Shown here piece after piece: positions 35,685 to 43,852 of a DNA stretch of 46,048 nt. Positions within the stretch are counted from its first letter, which is position 1, and every line of letters starts with the position of its first letter. The position numbers were made by a program, and so were the translations under genes. Under the pieces are notes generated by a model. The model had not been told where the DNA came from. It searched no databases and saw only the letters and a list, made by a program, of their open reading frames with translations. The DNA comes from an uncultured Oligoflexia bacterium (lineage in GTDB: Bacteria; Bdellovibrionota_B; Oligoflexia; Silvanigrellales; Silvanigrellaceae): positions 1-46,048 of the forward strand of contig CAYWSV010000003.1 in assembly GCA_964460155.1 (NCBI GenBank), written 5' to 3'.

Positions 35685-37421
35685 TCAGCGGGAGCCTAAG
35701 CCCGCTGTACGCTCTTTTCGGAGTGCTTTAATCTCGTCAAGTGCCGAACGAATTTCATCGGACTCTGCACCACCCATTCCAAGCTGTTTCTCGCGTATTC
35801 TCAGCGCACGTTCAAGTTGGTCTTGAGCAGAGTTGAGATTGAGACCTGTCGAGAGTTCGAGACGACCCGAAATGTTCAAAAACGTCGCCTCCCATGCAAT
35901 GAGTCCCGATTCCTCAGCAACCTTTAATGCATTTGCTAAAACAACACGAGCCCGTGGAGCGTCGTTCGTTTCAAGTAGAGATGTGACGTAAAGGTGATGA
36001 GCTTCGCACATCAGGAAACGTTCATCAGGGAAATCTGCAAGCGCATTGATGGCGATGCGAAAGAGAGGAAGAGCGGAGTGCACGCGTCCACATTCGCGGT
36101 ACGACAAAGCGAGTTGGAAAGATTCCATCGCAGCAGCAACGAGATCTTTTGAACTCATTTCGAATATCCTTTGTTGCTGCGCTTTAATGCTTTCATCGCT
36201 GCAATCTATTTCACTCTCTTCGGCCATCGGCGGAAGCCAAGCTGGCAGCGGATCTTCAAAAGTGGCCCACAAGCTCTCGCCCAGTTTCAGTTCGGAATCG
36301 GTTAGAAGGCACGCATTCAGTTTTTTGCGCATGTCGTCGTGGTCCATGTTTTGACCAATCACCACGAATTCCTGACACCGGTCGCCCCATTGGCTATCCC
36401 ACTTGGCTTCAACCTCGAGACGCTCCTCTGGAGAGAGAACCCAATCCTCGCGTGGAGTCAGAGCAAGCCAAACTCCTGCGGGCTCCATGCGAATGCTCCC
36501 CCCTGCTTGACCCCATTGAGTGACAAAATCTGAGCGTGTAGCGAGCCAAATGAATCCTTTTGAACGCACAACGGTCTCTGACTGATTCTCAAAGAAATCG
36601 GCAAAACGAGCGGTATGAAAGGGTCGTGCAGCGCGGAAAACAAAGCTTGAAAATCCGTATTCGTCTTTTTCAGATGTCTCCGCTCCACGCATGGTTTTGA
36701 GCCACCCGGGCGCCTGTGAGGCTTTTTCGAAATCAAAAAGACCGGTGTTGAGAATATGCTGAAGTTCAACTTTCGAATTCGTGGTTGGAAGCACAACGGC
36801 TTCAGGGTTCAAGGTCCGAACGAGACCCACGACATCTTTAAGTTCCTCGTTCGAAACAAGGTCGGCTTTGTTGACGACGACAACATTCGCAAATTCAACT
36901 TGGTCCGTGAGGAGGTCTGATAAATTGCGTTCGTCTTCGTCATTGAGAGCTTGCCCTGCTTCAGCGAGAAGCGCCGCCTCTTGAAACTGCCGCTTGAAGT
37001 TAAATGCATCAACGACAGTGACCATTGTGTCGAGTCGGGCAAAATCAGAGAGTGATTTGCCGTCATCGTCCGCAAAGGTAAACGTTTCGGCAACGGGAAG
37101 TGGCTCCGAGATTCCTGTGCTTTCGATGACCAGATAGTCGAAGCGTCCGTCTTGAGCGAGACGTTTGACCTCGATGAGTAGATCTTCGCGAAGCGTGCAG
37201 CAGATGCAGCCGTTGCTCATTTCAACCAATTTTTCTTCAGTGCGCGCGACTCCCACAGCACCCGACTTCACCAGTTTCGCATCAATGTTGAGTTCGCTCA
37301 TGTCATTCACGATGACCGCGACCTTGAGGCCGTGTGGTTGGTTCAGAATGTCATTCAACAAGGTCGTCTTTCCTGCTCCAAGAAAACCGGAAAGAACTGT
37401 CACTGGAAGTTTGTTTATCAT
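35685..37421 (-). CDS. COG0523-family (CobW/ZigA/YeiR-like) metallochaperone GTPase with an extra C-terminal helical-repeat tail of about 180 aa
   Basis: The P-loop is GFLGAGKTTLLN, the metal motif is GCICCTL, and NKADL is present. A CobW_C-like region ends at WATFEDPLPAW, followed by a TPR-like tail. Confidence 0.8.
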   Translation of the reverse strand: MINKLPVTVLSGFLGAGKTTLLNDILNQPHGLKVAVIVNDMSELNIDAKLVKSGAVGVARTEEKLVEMSNGCICCTLREDLLIEVKRLAQDGRFDYLVIESTGISEPLPVAETFTFADDDGKSLSDFARLDTMVTVVDAFNFKRQFQEAALLAEAGQALNDEDERNLSDLLTDQVEFANVVVVNKADLVSNEELKDVVGLVRTLNPEAVVLPTTNSKVELQHILNTGLFDFEKASQAPGWLKTMRGAETSEKDEYGFSSFVFRAARPFHTARFADFFENQSETVVRSKGFIWLATRSDFVTQWGQAGGSIRMEPAGVWLALTPREDWVLSPEERLEVEAKWDSQWGDRCQEFVVIGQNMDHDDMRKKLNACLLTDSELKLGESLWATFEDPLPAWLPPMAEESEIDCSDESIKAQQQRIFEMSSKDLVAAAMESFQLALSYRECGRVHSALPLFRIAINALADFPDERFLMCEAHHLYVTSLLETNDAPRARVVLANALKVAEESGLIAWEATFLNISGRLELSTGLNLNSAQDQLERALRIREKQLGMGGAESDEIRSALDEIKALRKERTAGLGSR

Positions 37422-37443
37422 GAGAGTCGCCTTTACTTACGGA

Positions 37444-38028
37444 TTACAGAGTCACTGCACCGGAGTCTTTTTTGATGGTTGTTCCACTTTGCTTGTCGCC
37501 TGAAAGCACCTGAACGTTCAGAGTTTTAAGCGCCTTAAAAACCTGAGTCACAGCAAATTTCACTGAAGTTCCGGCAACTGGTTTGCCGCATTCGAATTTA
37601 AATGTGGCGTGGACCTCGCTGTGCGTGCCTTTTTTGTGCGAATGCTTCTTGGATTTGTTGTTTTCTTTTGCAGGTTCGTCGTCTGTGACGAAGGGTTTCA
37701 CATCTGTGCTGACGACCTTGCAATTGAGCGCTGGATCAAGAACAAACATTTTGTCTGCGTTCAATTTTAGCTTCTCGACAGCTTCGTCACGCTTTTTAAT
37801 TTCTTCTGGTTTTTTTGCTTCGTGTTCAAATCCATAAATACCATCGGAAGGACTTTCGAGCGCAATTGTGACCGTATTGCCTTCGCCCACAATATTCACC
37901 TGTGCTTTGCCGTGCTCGTGCGCTTTGTGGCCCTTTCCACCTGCAAACGCCAGTGAGGGTGCAACAACGAGACAAAGAATTGCGGTCTCCATTACGCGCG
38001 CCGATTTCGTTTTTAGCGTGTGTTCCAT
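37444..38028 (-). CDS. DUF2796 / ZrgA-like periplasmic zinc-uptake protein
   Basis: It has a signal peptide and the motifs HKAHEHGKAQV...GFEHEAK...HSHKKGTHSEVHATFKFEC. The layout matches DUF2796 as I recall it. Confidence 0.65.
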   Translation of the reverse strand: MEHTLKTKSARVMETAILCLVVAPSLAFAGGKGHKAHEHGKAQVNIVGEGNTVTIALESPSDGIYGFEHEAKKPEEIKKRDEAVEKLKLNADKMFVLDPALNCKVVSTDVKPFVTDDEPAKENNKSKKHSHKKGTHSEVHATFKFECGKPVAGTSVKFAVTQVFKALKTLNVQVLSGDKQSGTTIKKDSGAVTL

Positions 38029-38054
38029 GACTGCTTAATCCTCCATGAATGGAA

Positions 38055-38070
38055 TGATAATGAATTATCG
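38055..38070 (-). promoter_or_regulatory. Candidate Fur-family (Zur) operator 2
   Basis: TGATAATGAATTATCG on the plus strand is identical at 13 of 16 positions to the box at 42406..42421. It lies 27 nt upstream of the DUF2796 start and contains a possible -10 (TATCAT) on the minus strand. Confidence 0.4.
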
Positions 38071-38934
38071 CTAGTGCTGATTTATAGCTCCGTCAAGCCT
38101 TTCTTTCCGGAAAAAAGTTGAACAAATTGAAAGTGCTGCCGTCGAAAAACAGATAATCGGCACTGTGGGTAGATGCGGGAGTCCCAGAGAGGCGAGCATT
38201 CCCAAAGGGGCACCGAGTGCGGCGCAAATGATACACAGACGAATGTGTCGCCGCGCTCCTGATGTTGGACGAAGCGCAAGGAGTGTTGTGGGCAGAAAAA
38301 GCAGAGCGCACGTCAATAGGAAACCGGTTGCCCAAGTGCTCATCGCGATTAAGGCGATGAAAAGAATATGATCCCGCACCGCATGGCTTTTCGGGTGTCT
38401 CAACATCAGTTCTTGGCGAAAGGTTGAATGCATAATCTTATCTTTATTTCGCCACGACAGCAGAATAAAAAGAACGCAGGCAGTTGAAATTATCAACAGG
38501 TCGATATTGGTTAACGTCGAAACATCGCCAACAAGAGAGCGTGCAAAATGCGCTTCGAGAGTTGGCTGGCTTGCAATCAAAATTTGTGTACTTGCGAACA
38601 GGAGTATCCAAAGAGCAAAAAGAGCATTTCCTTTTGTTTGATCCATTCGACTTTGAAAACGAGCAGCCAACCATCCACCTGTGAGAGCTCCTCCGCATGC
38701 ACCAACAAGGCTCGTGATTACAGTTCCGGCAGAGCTCTCAAGACCCATGTAAAAAACCAAAATAAACGTAAGCAGGCTCCCGATTTCCGCACCCTGAGAG
38801 GTGTTCAGGCTCAGGAGGGTCTTCTCTCGCGCTGCGAGATGTGCCCCGGAATAAGAAAGCGTCGCCGCCAGCACCGCGAGGACAGGCAGACTCCAACCGT
38901 AGACTTTCAAGATCTCAGTAAAGGTCATTGTCAT
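38071..38934 (-). CDS. Metal ABC transporter permease (ZnuB/ABC-3 type)
   Basis: It is a 287-aa polytopic membrane protein. Its start overlaps the ATPase gene stop by 4 nt. The family is assigned mainly from context and topology. Confidence 0.6.
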   Translation of the reverse strand: MTMTFTEILKVYGWSLPVLAVLAATLSYSGAHLAAREKTLLSLNTSQGAEIGSLLTFILVFYMGLESSAGTVITSLVGACGGALTGGWLAARFQSRMDQTKGNALFALWILLFASTQILIASQPTLEAHFARSLVGDVSTLTNIDLLIISTACVLFILLSWRNKDKIMHSTFRQELMLRHPKSHAVRDHILFIALIAMSTWATGFLLTCALLFLPTTLLALRPTSGARRHIRLCIICAALGAPLGMLASLGLPHLPTVPIICFSTAALSICSTFFRKERLDGAINQH

Positions 38935-39623
38935 GTGTCTTTCTTTGAAACTCGACGGTGGTCACGTTGATTCGGTTTGAGTGTGAGGGTGATGCATGTC
39001 TCGCCCAGCTGTTCCGAAAGCAGGGGTGTTTGATTGTGCGACACAAGAAAAAGCGTTTTTTTGACAAAATTGCTCTTAAGACTGTGATCGAGAATTGCGT
39101 GTTCGATAGCTTCTGAGGCTATTTGGTCGAGATGATTGAAGGGCTCGTCGAGGAGAAGAACTTCTGCACGACTGCGCAAGGCTCCTGACATGAGCGCGCG
39201 CATGCGCTCTCCTCCACTCGCATTGTTCCACATGATGCTTTTCGTTGTTTCAGGAAACCAAGGTTGGTCTTGAGTTGGTATTAACTCATCTGTTGTCGCA
39301 TCTTCTTCTTGGATCTTCTGGGTTGTCATTGATAGGAGCTGGGCAACTTCGGCGAGAGAGTAGGGAAGTAAAGTTTTGGGCGCATGAAGTTGCGAAAGCA
39401 GAAGAGTTCGTTTGGGGTTTGGTTGGAACTTTACTGTTCCAGAAAAACTTTGCTTTTGCCCATTGAGAAAATCCAGAAAGCTAGATTTTCCTATGCCATT
39501 GATGCCAGAAATTAGAACCACTTTGCCAAAGGGAATATGAATGCTTATGGGTTCAAAAAGCATGCGTCCGTTTTTGAACAGGGAGAAGTTTTCACACTCA
39601 AAGACAACTCTGTCTTGTGTCAT
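38931..39623 (-). CDS. Metal ABC transporter ATP-binding protein (ZnuC-like, divergent)
   Basis: Walker A is GINGIGKSS, the signature is ASGGERMR, Walker B is VLLLDEP and the H-loop is VSHN. Confidence 0.75.
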   Translation of the reverse strand: MTQDRVVFECENFSLFKNGRMLFEPISIHIPFGKVVLISGINGIGKSSFLDFLNGQKQSFSGTVKFQPNPKRTLLLSQLHAPKTLLPYSLAEVAQLLSMTTQKIQEEDATTDELIPTQDQPWFPETTKSIMWNNASGGERMRALMSGALRSRAEVLLLDEPFNHLDQIASEAIEHAILDHSLKSNFVKKTLFLVSHNQTPLLSEQLGETCITLTLKPNQRDHRRVSKKDT

Positions 39624-39630
39624 GACGAAC

Positions 39631-40599
39631 CTACTTGGTGTTTTTGACAGAGGTGTTAGAAGAGTCGATGATTTGGTCGACTATTCCTGTGAGAAGATTT
39701 CTATATGCGTCCTTGTCTGTGAATGATGTCATTGATACCGGAACGATCTGAACTTTCACGCCGCTGAGTTCTTCAAATTTGCGTGCAACAGATTTCGACG
39801 CATGAGTCGATGCAAGAACAGTTCGTATATTTTCTTTCCTGACAAGATCCGCCACTTTAACAAGGTGTGGTGCCGAGGGCTTAATACCGGGTTTGTCTTC
39901 AATCTCAGCTGCGGATTGCAAGCCAAGACTTTGAGCGAGATAATTAAATTCATTATGGTATTGCACGAAACGAGCCTTTTCTTTCGTCACTCCTGCCTTT
40001 TCGAGTTTCTTTTTGAGGTCCTCCTCAAGCGAGCTCATCGTTCTCTTAAGTGCTTCGTAATTCGCTTGAAAGATTTCACGGTTCTCTGGCCGCAGTGTGT
40101 TCATAATTAACAGAACTTCTTGCGCAGCATGCGCAAACGTTTTGGGGGAAAGCCAGAAATGTGGATTTCCGTTGGGGTGCACGTCTCCCATGCTTCTGTC
40201 GACGCGACCTTGTGGTTTGTTCAATGGCTCAACTTTTCTTCCCAATTCGCAGTGGCCAGTTCCACCGGGTTGGATTTGTTTTCGTCCCGTCTTCTTGAGA
40301 ACTTTGGGCATCCAGCCCAATTCCAAATCAAGACCAACAACACAGACGATATCTGCCTTCATGAGGCGTGAAACGTAGTCGGGCCTCACGTCTACAAAAT
40401 GCGGATCCTCTCGACCCGAGAGCAGGCTATTGACCTCTACGCGATCGCCCCCAATCTGGCTGACAACCCATGCAAGATCTGTTGTTGAAGTCACAATATT
40501 GAGGCGCTGGTTCGCATCCGCTCGCTGAAATGGAAATAAGGTCCACAGAAAAAGAATCGTAGGCATGATTCGGATGGAAGATGCGAGAGAGTGTTTCAT
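39631..40599 (-). CDS. Metal ABC transporter substrate-binding protein (ZnuA/TroA cluster A-I)
   Basis: IVTSTTDLAWVVSQIGGDRVEV...REDPHFVDVRPDY...KADIVCVVGLDLE matches the ZnuA/TroA N-lobe pattern. I prefer the ATG at 40599 over the TTG at 40605. Confidence 0.75.
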   Translation of the reverse strand: MKHSLASSIRIMPTILFLWTLFPFQRADANQRLNIVTSTTDLAWVVSQIGGDRVEVNSLLSGREDPHFVDVRPDYVSRLMKADIVCVVGLDLELGWMPKVLKKTGRKQIQPGGTGHCELGRKVEPLNKPQGRVDRSMGDVHPNGNPHFWLSPKTFAHAAQEVLLIMNTLRPENREIFQANYEALKRTMSSLEEDLKKKLEKAGVTKEKARFVQYHNEFNYLAQSLGLQSAAEIEDKPGIKPSAPHLVKVADLVRKENIRTVLASTHASKSVARKFEELSGVKVQIVPVSMTSFTDKDAYRNLLTGIVDQIIDSSNTSVKNTK

Positions 40600-40617
40600 T
40601 GGCAATGTCCGTAAATT

Positions 40618-41712
40618 TTAAAAGTCATGGGCAGGGTGTTCGCCAAGTATAAAGGTTGACTGTAATTCAACCTTTGAATTTTGCACTTTTCGCGTCGAGC
40701 GTGAATCAGTTTCAAATTCCCACGCGTATCCTATTCGGAATGTTGAAAATTCGCTTGGTTTGTAAGTGAGAGTCGGAACAAGAGCTTCAGATTGATTCGC
40801 AATGGTGCTTCCCAAGGCATCTTTCAGGTCAAGAACTTGAAAAGAGTCGTAGCGGATCCCAAGATCAAGCCCGTCGTAAATGTTCGCTTGCGAAAAAAGA
40901 TATGCTCCCACGGCCTTTTCGGATTTTCCTTGGTCAGGCGTGAGGATGCGGTGCCAGATCTCTCCTTGAACGAATGCGCGGAGAGTTCGTCCTTCACGCC
41001 ACTTTGTCGTGAGGTCGAGGCCGACAAGCTGAGTCCTTTCGCTCTTTGAGTCCGTGCGTCCCAGATAATTAAGTCCGAGCTGAATGCCACTGTCGGCATT
41101 TAGGGACGTGAATGTTTGTGTCCTTAAATAGTGCGTTGGAACGAGTGGGCGTTCGCCTGCAGTGTGGGCATGGCCATAGGTCCACCCCTTACCGACTCCG
41201 AGCGTGAGACTCAGCGGAAAACTGATTGGTGCGTTGGTGGTTGATTCGATGATCAGATCCCCTACGCCCTCCTTATCAAAGAAAGTGGCGTGAACTTTTG
41301 GCGCAGAAATAAATGGCCAGTCATGTTGATGTGTGGAGTTCAGTTTTCCAAGTGAAAGAAAAGCTTGTCCGAGTTTGATGTTGGTGAAAGGAATTATTTT
41401 AGATGATGATATTGTTGCTTCGTGTAACTCAAAAACAGAGAGTCCATTCTCGGGGTGGGCTGCGAGGCCCAATCGTCCGTCAAAGTACGGGTCAATTGGA
41501 CCACTGAGATAAATTTCTGCACCTCGGACTTGTCCTTCGTCCGCAATTTTCTTTTTGTCGCGTCGATACGCTTCAGCGGTGATGTCGACGGCGATTAAAT
41601 GTTTGAGTCCTGCGTCATCGGCTCGAGCGGTATTTACAGGCACGAATAATGTGACGGAGAATACAGACATAACGCCAAGAAGTGTTGCGTCGTGCAGCCG
41701 TTTGGTGTGCAT
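40618..41712 (-). CDS. Hypothetical outer-membrane beta-barrel protein (porin-like)
   Basis: It has a signal peptide ending in NTARA and an alternating-strand pattern. It has a His-rich motif NSTHQHDWPF and a C-terminal Phe (AHDF). Confidence 0.5.
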   Translation of the reverse strand: MHTKRLHDATLLGVMSVFSVTLFVPVNTARADDAGLKHLIAVDITAEAYRRDKKKIADEGQVRGAEIYLSGPIDPYFDGRLGLAAHPENGLSVFELHEATISSSKIIPFTNIKLGQAFLSLGKLNSTHQHDWPFISAPKVHATFFDKEGVGDLIIESTTNAPISFPLSLTLGVGKGWTYGHAHTAGERPLVPTHYLRTQTFTSLNADSGIQLGLNYLGRTDSKSERTQLVGLDLTTKWREGRTLRAFVQGEIWHRILTPDQGKSEKAVGAYLFSQANIYDGLDLGIRYDSFQVLDLKDALGSTIANQSEALVPTLTYKPSEFSTFRIGYAWEFETDSRSTRKVQNSKVELQSTFILGEHPAHDF

Positions 41713-41745
41713 GGAGAGTTCCTTCTCATCATCCGAGACAAGTCA

Positions 41746-42381
41746 TTAATCGTGTTCGTACTTGGTGTCCGAGATTGTGACATTCGAAAGTGTCGCTTTG
41801 CTCAGGCTTACACCCCAGAAATTTTCCGCACCTTGACCCGCCGAATTGCCATCGCTTTCCGTGTTGAAAAGTGCGTTCGATTCGGTCGGTGTAGATTCGG
41901 TTCCATTCCAAACCAAAATATGAGCTGGAGACTCGTCATTGTGAACATCGATGGCAACCGAAATTTGCGATGATGCATTAACCGAAAGTGTTTTCTCGGT
42001 CGACGTGTCTTGTTTGTGCGTTGTTTTGATTTTCAATTCACTGCCGGTTCGTGAGAAAACGATGTTGATTCCATTTTCGAGAGTTGCAGAGGCGAATGTC
42101 TTAACACTCAGAGTGCCACCATCATCCACTGAGAAGGTCAATGCGAGGTTCTTCCCTCCGGCTTTGCTCTCGGCGAGTGGCAGCTTTGCAATTGCATCGC
42201 CAGTTCCTTTGAGAGTGGTGCCTTCGAAAGAAAGGCTCGTGTTTTGCAGAATCTTGAAATCGAGAGTTCCGACTTTACCTTCAACCGCGGCAGGCGTCGT
42301 TGAGGTGTCTTTGCGGCATCCTGTTTGGGTCATTGTAGTTGCAAGTGTCAGAATTGAAATGAAAAACACTCGTGAAAACAT
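41746..42381 (-). CDS. Hypothetical lipoprotein, the first gene of the zinc locus
   Basis: The ATG follows a GGAGG RBS and the lipobox-like signal is LTLATTMTQTGC. The body is beta-rich. I recognise no family. Confidence 0.5.
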   Translation of the reverse strand: MFSRVFFISILTLATTMTQTGCRKDTSTTPAAVEGKVGTLDFKILQNTSLSFEGTTLKGTGDAIAKLPLAESKAGGKNLALTFSVDDGGTLSVKTFASATLENGINIVFSRTGSELKIKTTHKQDTSTEKTLSVNASSQISVAIDVHNDESPAHILVWNGTESTPTESNALFNTESDGNSAGQGAENFWGVSLSKATLSNVTISDTKYEHD

Positions 42382-42404
42382 ATTTTTTTCCTCCGTGAAG
42401 AGGT

Positions 42405-42433
42405 TTGATAATGCATTCTCACGAAATAATCAA
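42405..42433 (-). promoter_or_regulatory. Sigma-70-type promoter with an embedded Fur-family (Zur) palindrome
   Basis: The minus strand reads TTGATT-N17-TATCAA, 24 nt upstream of the ATG. Positions 42406..42421 form the palindrome TGATAATGCATTCTCA (14 of 16 self-complementary), spanning the spacer and the -10. Confidence 0.45.
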
Positions 42434-42482
42434 AAGTTGGTTTAACGTATCGGAATAACAGCTAAGATTGAGTAATCTTAAA

Positions 42483-42518
42483 GCCCTGATGACAGTCAAG
42501 AGAAGTAGTCATCAGGGC
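42483..42518 (-). terminator. Terminator hairpin after the esterase gene
   Basis: The hairpin gccctgatgac-N14-gtcatcagggc is a perfect 11-bp stem, starting 13 nt after the stop. TTTAAGATT follows on the minus strand. Confidence 0.6.
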
Positions 42519-42530
42519 GTGTGTGAGGGA

Positions 42531-43535
42531 TTAGCGGGGAAAGCACGTCTTCTTCATGAATTCTGTAACGGAGGGGGTCATACGCTTATCGTTTGGAGCA
42601 CCGATGAGCTGATTGACGTCGCTGTGACTCAAACCTTGTGCGTTGATGACAGACACTGAGTTCGATTTGCTCTCGAGTTCTCTTTTGAAGGCCTCAACCT
42701 GACCATGGCGCTCGGCATTTCCGCGTTTGACAAGCTGGAAACTGGGCCCGTTCACTTGAATATGATTAATGGGCGATGCGGCAGCCCAGACAGTTGGGTC
42801 ATCACCAAATGCGTTGCGATAAAGCGCGCGTTGGCTTGCATCTGGGTCTTTCATGAGTCTTGGAATATCGTATCCCTCAATATCGTAGCTACCGACACAG
42901 CGCAGGTGTTCCGGATTCCATTGGCTGTGTGTCTTGCTGATATAGGTTTGCTCAGTTCCCACCAAGGCTGCGAGATGTCCGCCTGCGGAGTGGCCGAGCA
43001 ACGCCAACTGCTCGGGATTGCCTCCATAGGCTTTAATGTTTCTGTGAACCCATGCCACAGCTGCACCAACATCGTTTGGATGATCGGGGAACATTATCCG
43101 GCCGGGTAGGAGGTTGTCGTTCTTTGGAGATAGACGGTAATTAACGCTGACGAATGCATAACCCAAGCCAGTAAAATACTCGGGCTTGTGTTTCATTTGA
43201 GATTTGTCGCCTGTTCTCCATGCACCGCCATGCACGAAGATCACCACGGGAACACCCTGACAAGGGTTCATGACTTTTGGCATGTAGATGTCTAACGACT
43301 GCAGATTTGGATCGATGCCACTGAGTTGTTGATATTGAACGTTCATGAATTTCTTTTCTCTGAGAGAAGGTCTACCGCACTGTTTCACAAGTGCGAGTTC
43401 TTCCACGGTGGGTGCATCAGGTGTATAGACCCAAGATTTGTCGCCTGCCTGAGCTTGACCATCACCACAGGCGGTCACACAGGCTGAGAGTGCACTGAAC
43501 GCGGCGACTACAAACAAACCTGAAATCTTTTTCAT
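42531..43535 (-). CDS. Secreted alpha/beta-hydrolase (esterase/lipase type)
   Basis: It has a signal peptide, an oxyanion-type motif VIFVHGGAW and a nucleophile elbow LLGHSAGGH. Confidence 0.75.
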   Translation of the reverse strand: MKKISGLFVVAAFSALSACVTACGDGQAQAGDKSWVYTPDAPTVEELALVKQCGRPSLREKKFMNVQYQQLSGIDPNLQSLDIYMPKVMNPCQGVPVVIFVHGGAWRTGDKSQMKHKPEYFTGLGYAFVSVNYRLSPKNDNLLPGRIMFPDHPNDVGAAVAWVHRNIKAYGGNPEQLALLGHSAGGHLAALVGTEQTYISKTHSQWNPEHLRCVGSYDIEGYDIPRLMKDPDASQRALYRNAFGDDPTVWAAASPINHIQVNGPSFQLVKRGNAERHGQVEAFKRELESKSNSVSVINAQGLSHSDVNQLIGAPNDKRMTPSVTEFMKKTCFPR

Positions 43536-43584
43536 GACTCACCCCTTTTTTCCCTCTGCGGATAGATTTCCGCATTTGAAGTAC

Positions 43585-43612
43585 TTATCGGCATTTTTCT
43601 GCAAATCTTTAG
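43585..43612 (-). promoter_or_regulatory. Sigma-28 (FliA-type) promoter, a perfect consensus match
   Basis: The minus strand reads CTAAA-gatttgcagaaaaat-GCCGATAA, which is exactly TAAA-N15-GCCGATAA. The -10 ends 50 nt upstream of the esterase ATG. Confidence 0.7.
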
Positions 43613-43794
43613 TGTGTTTATTCTCAATAGAAACAGTCATTTAGTAAAACACGTCAAAAATAAATAAGTTTTTTCTGCACATCTAAAAAGCAGTCAAATA
43701 CTCCAAGACAGTCGGAGTTGTCTTCACTCGAAGTCAAGACAATTCATCTTTCAGGATAGGTTTATTTTCTCGAGTCCACTGGCGGAAAATAACT

Positions 43795-43827
43795 GAGGCA
43801 CCGCTGACAGTTTGTCTGCGGTGCCTC
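43795..43827 (-). terminator. Terminator hairpin after the 43853..44443 gene
   Basis: The hairpin gaggcaccgc-N13-gcggtgcctc is a perfect 10-bp stem. AGTTATTTT follows on the minus strand. Confidence 0.65.
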
Positions 43828-43852
43828 TGAGTGCTTCTCTATTTGGAGCGGC

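Noticed and set aside
41951-42445. Plus-strand 164-aa ORF antisense to the lipoprotein gene, running through the Zur-type promoter
   Set aside because: It has no RBS and crosses a promoter/operator region. The opposite frame has a GGAGG RBS and a lipobox.
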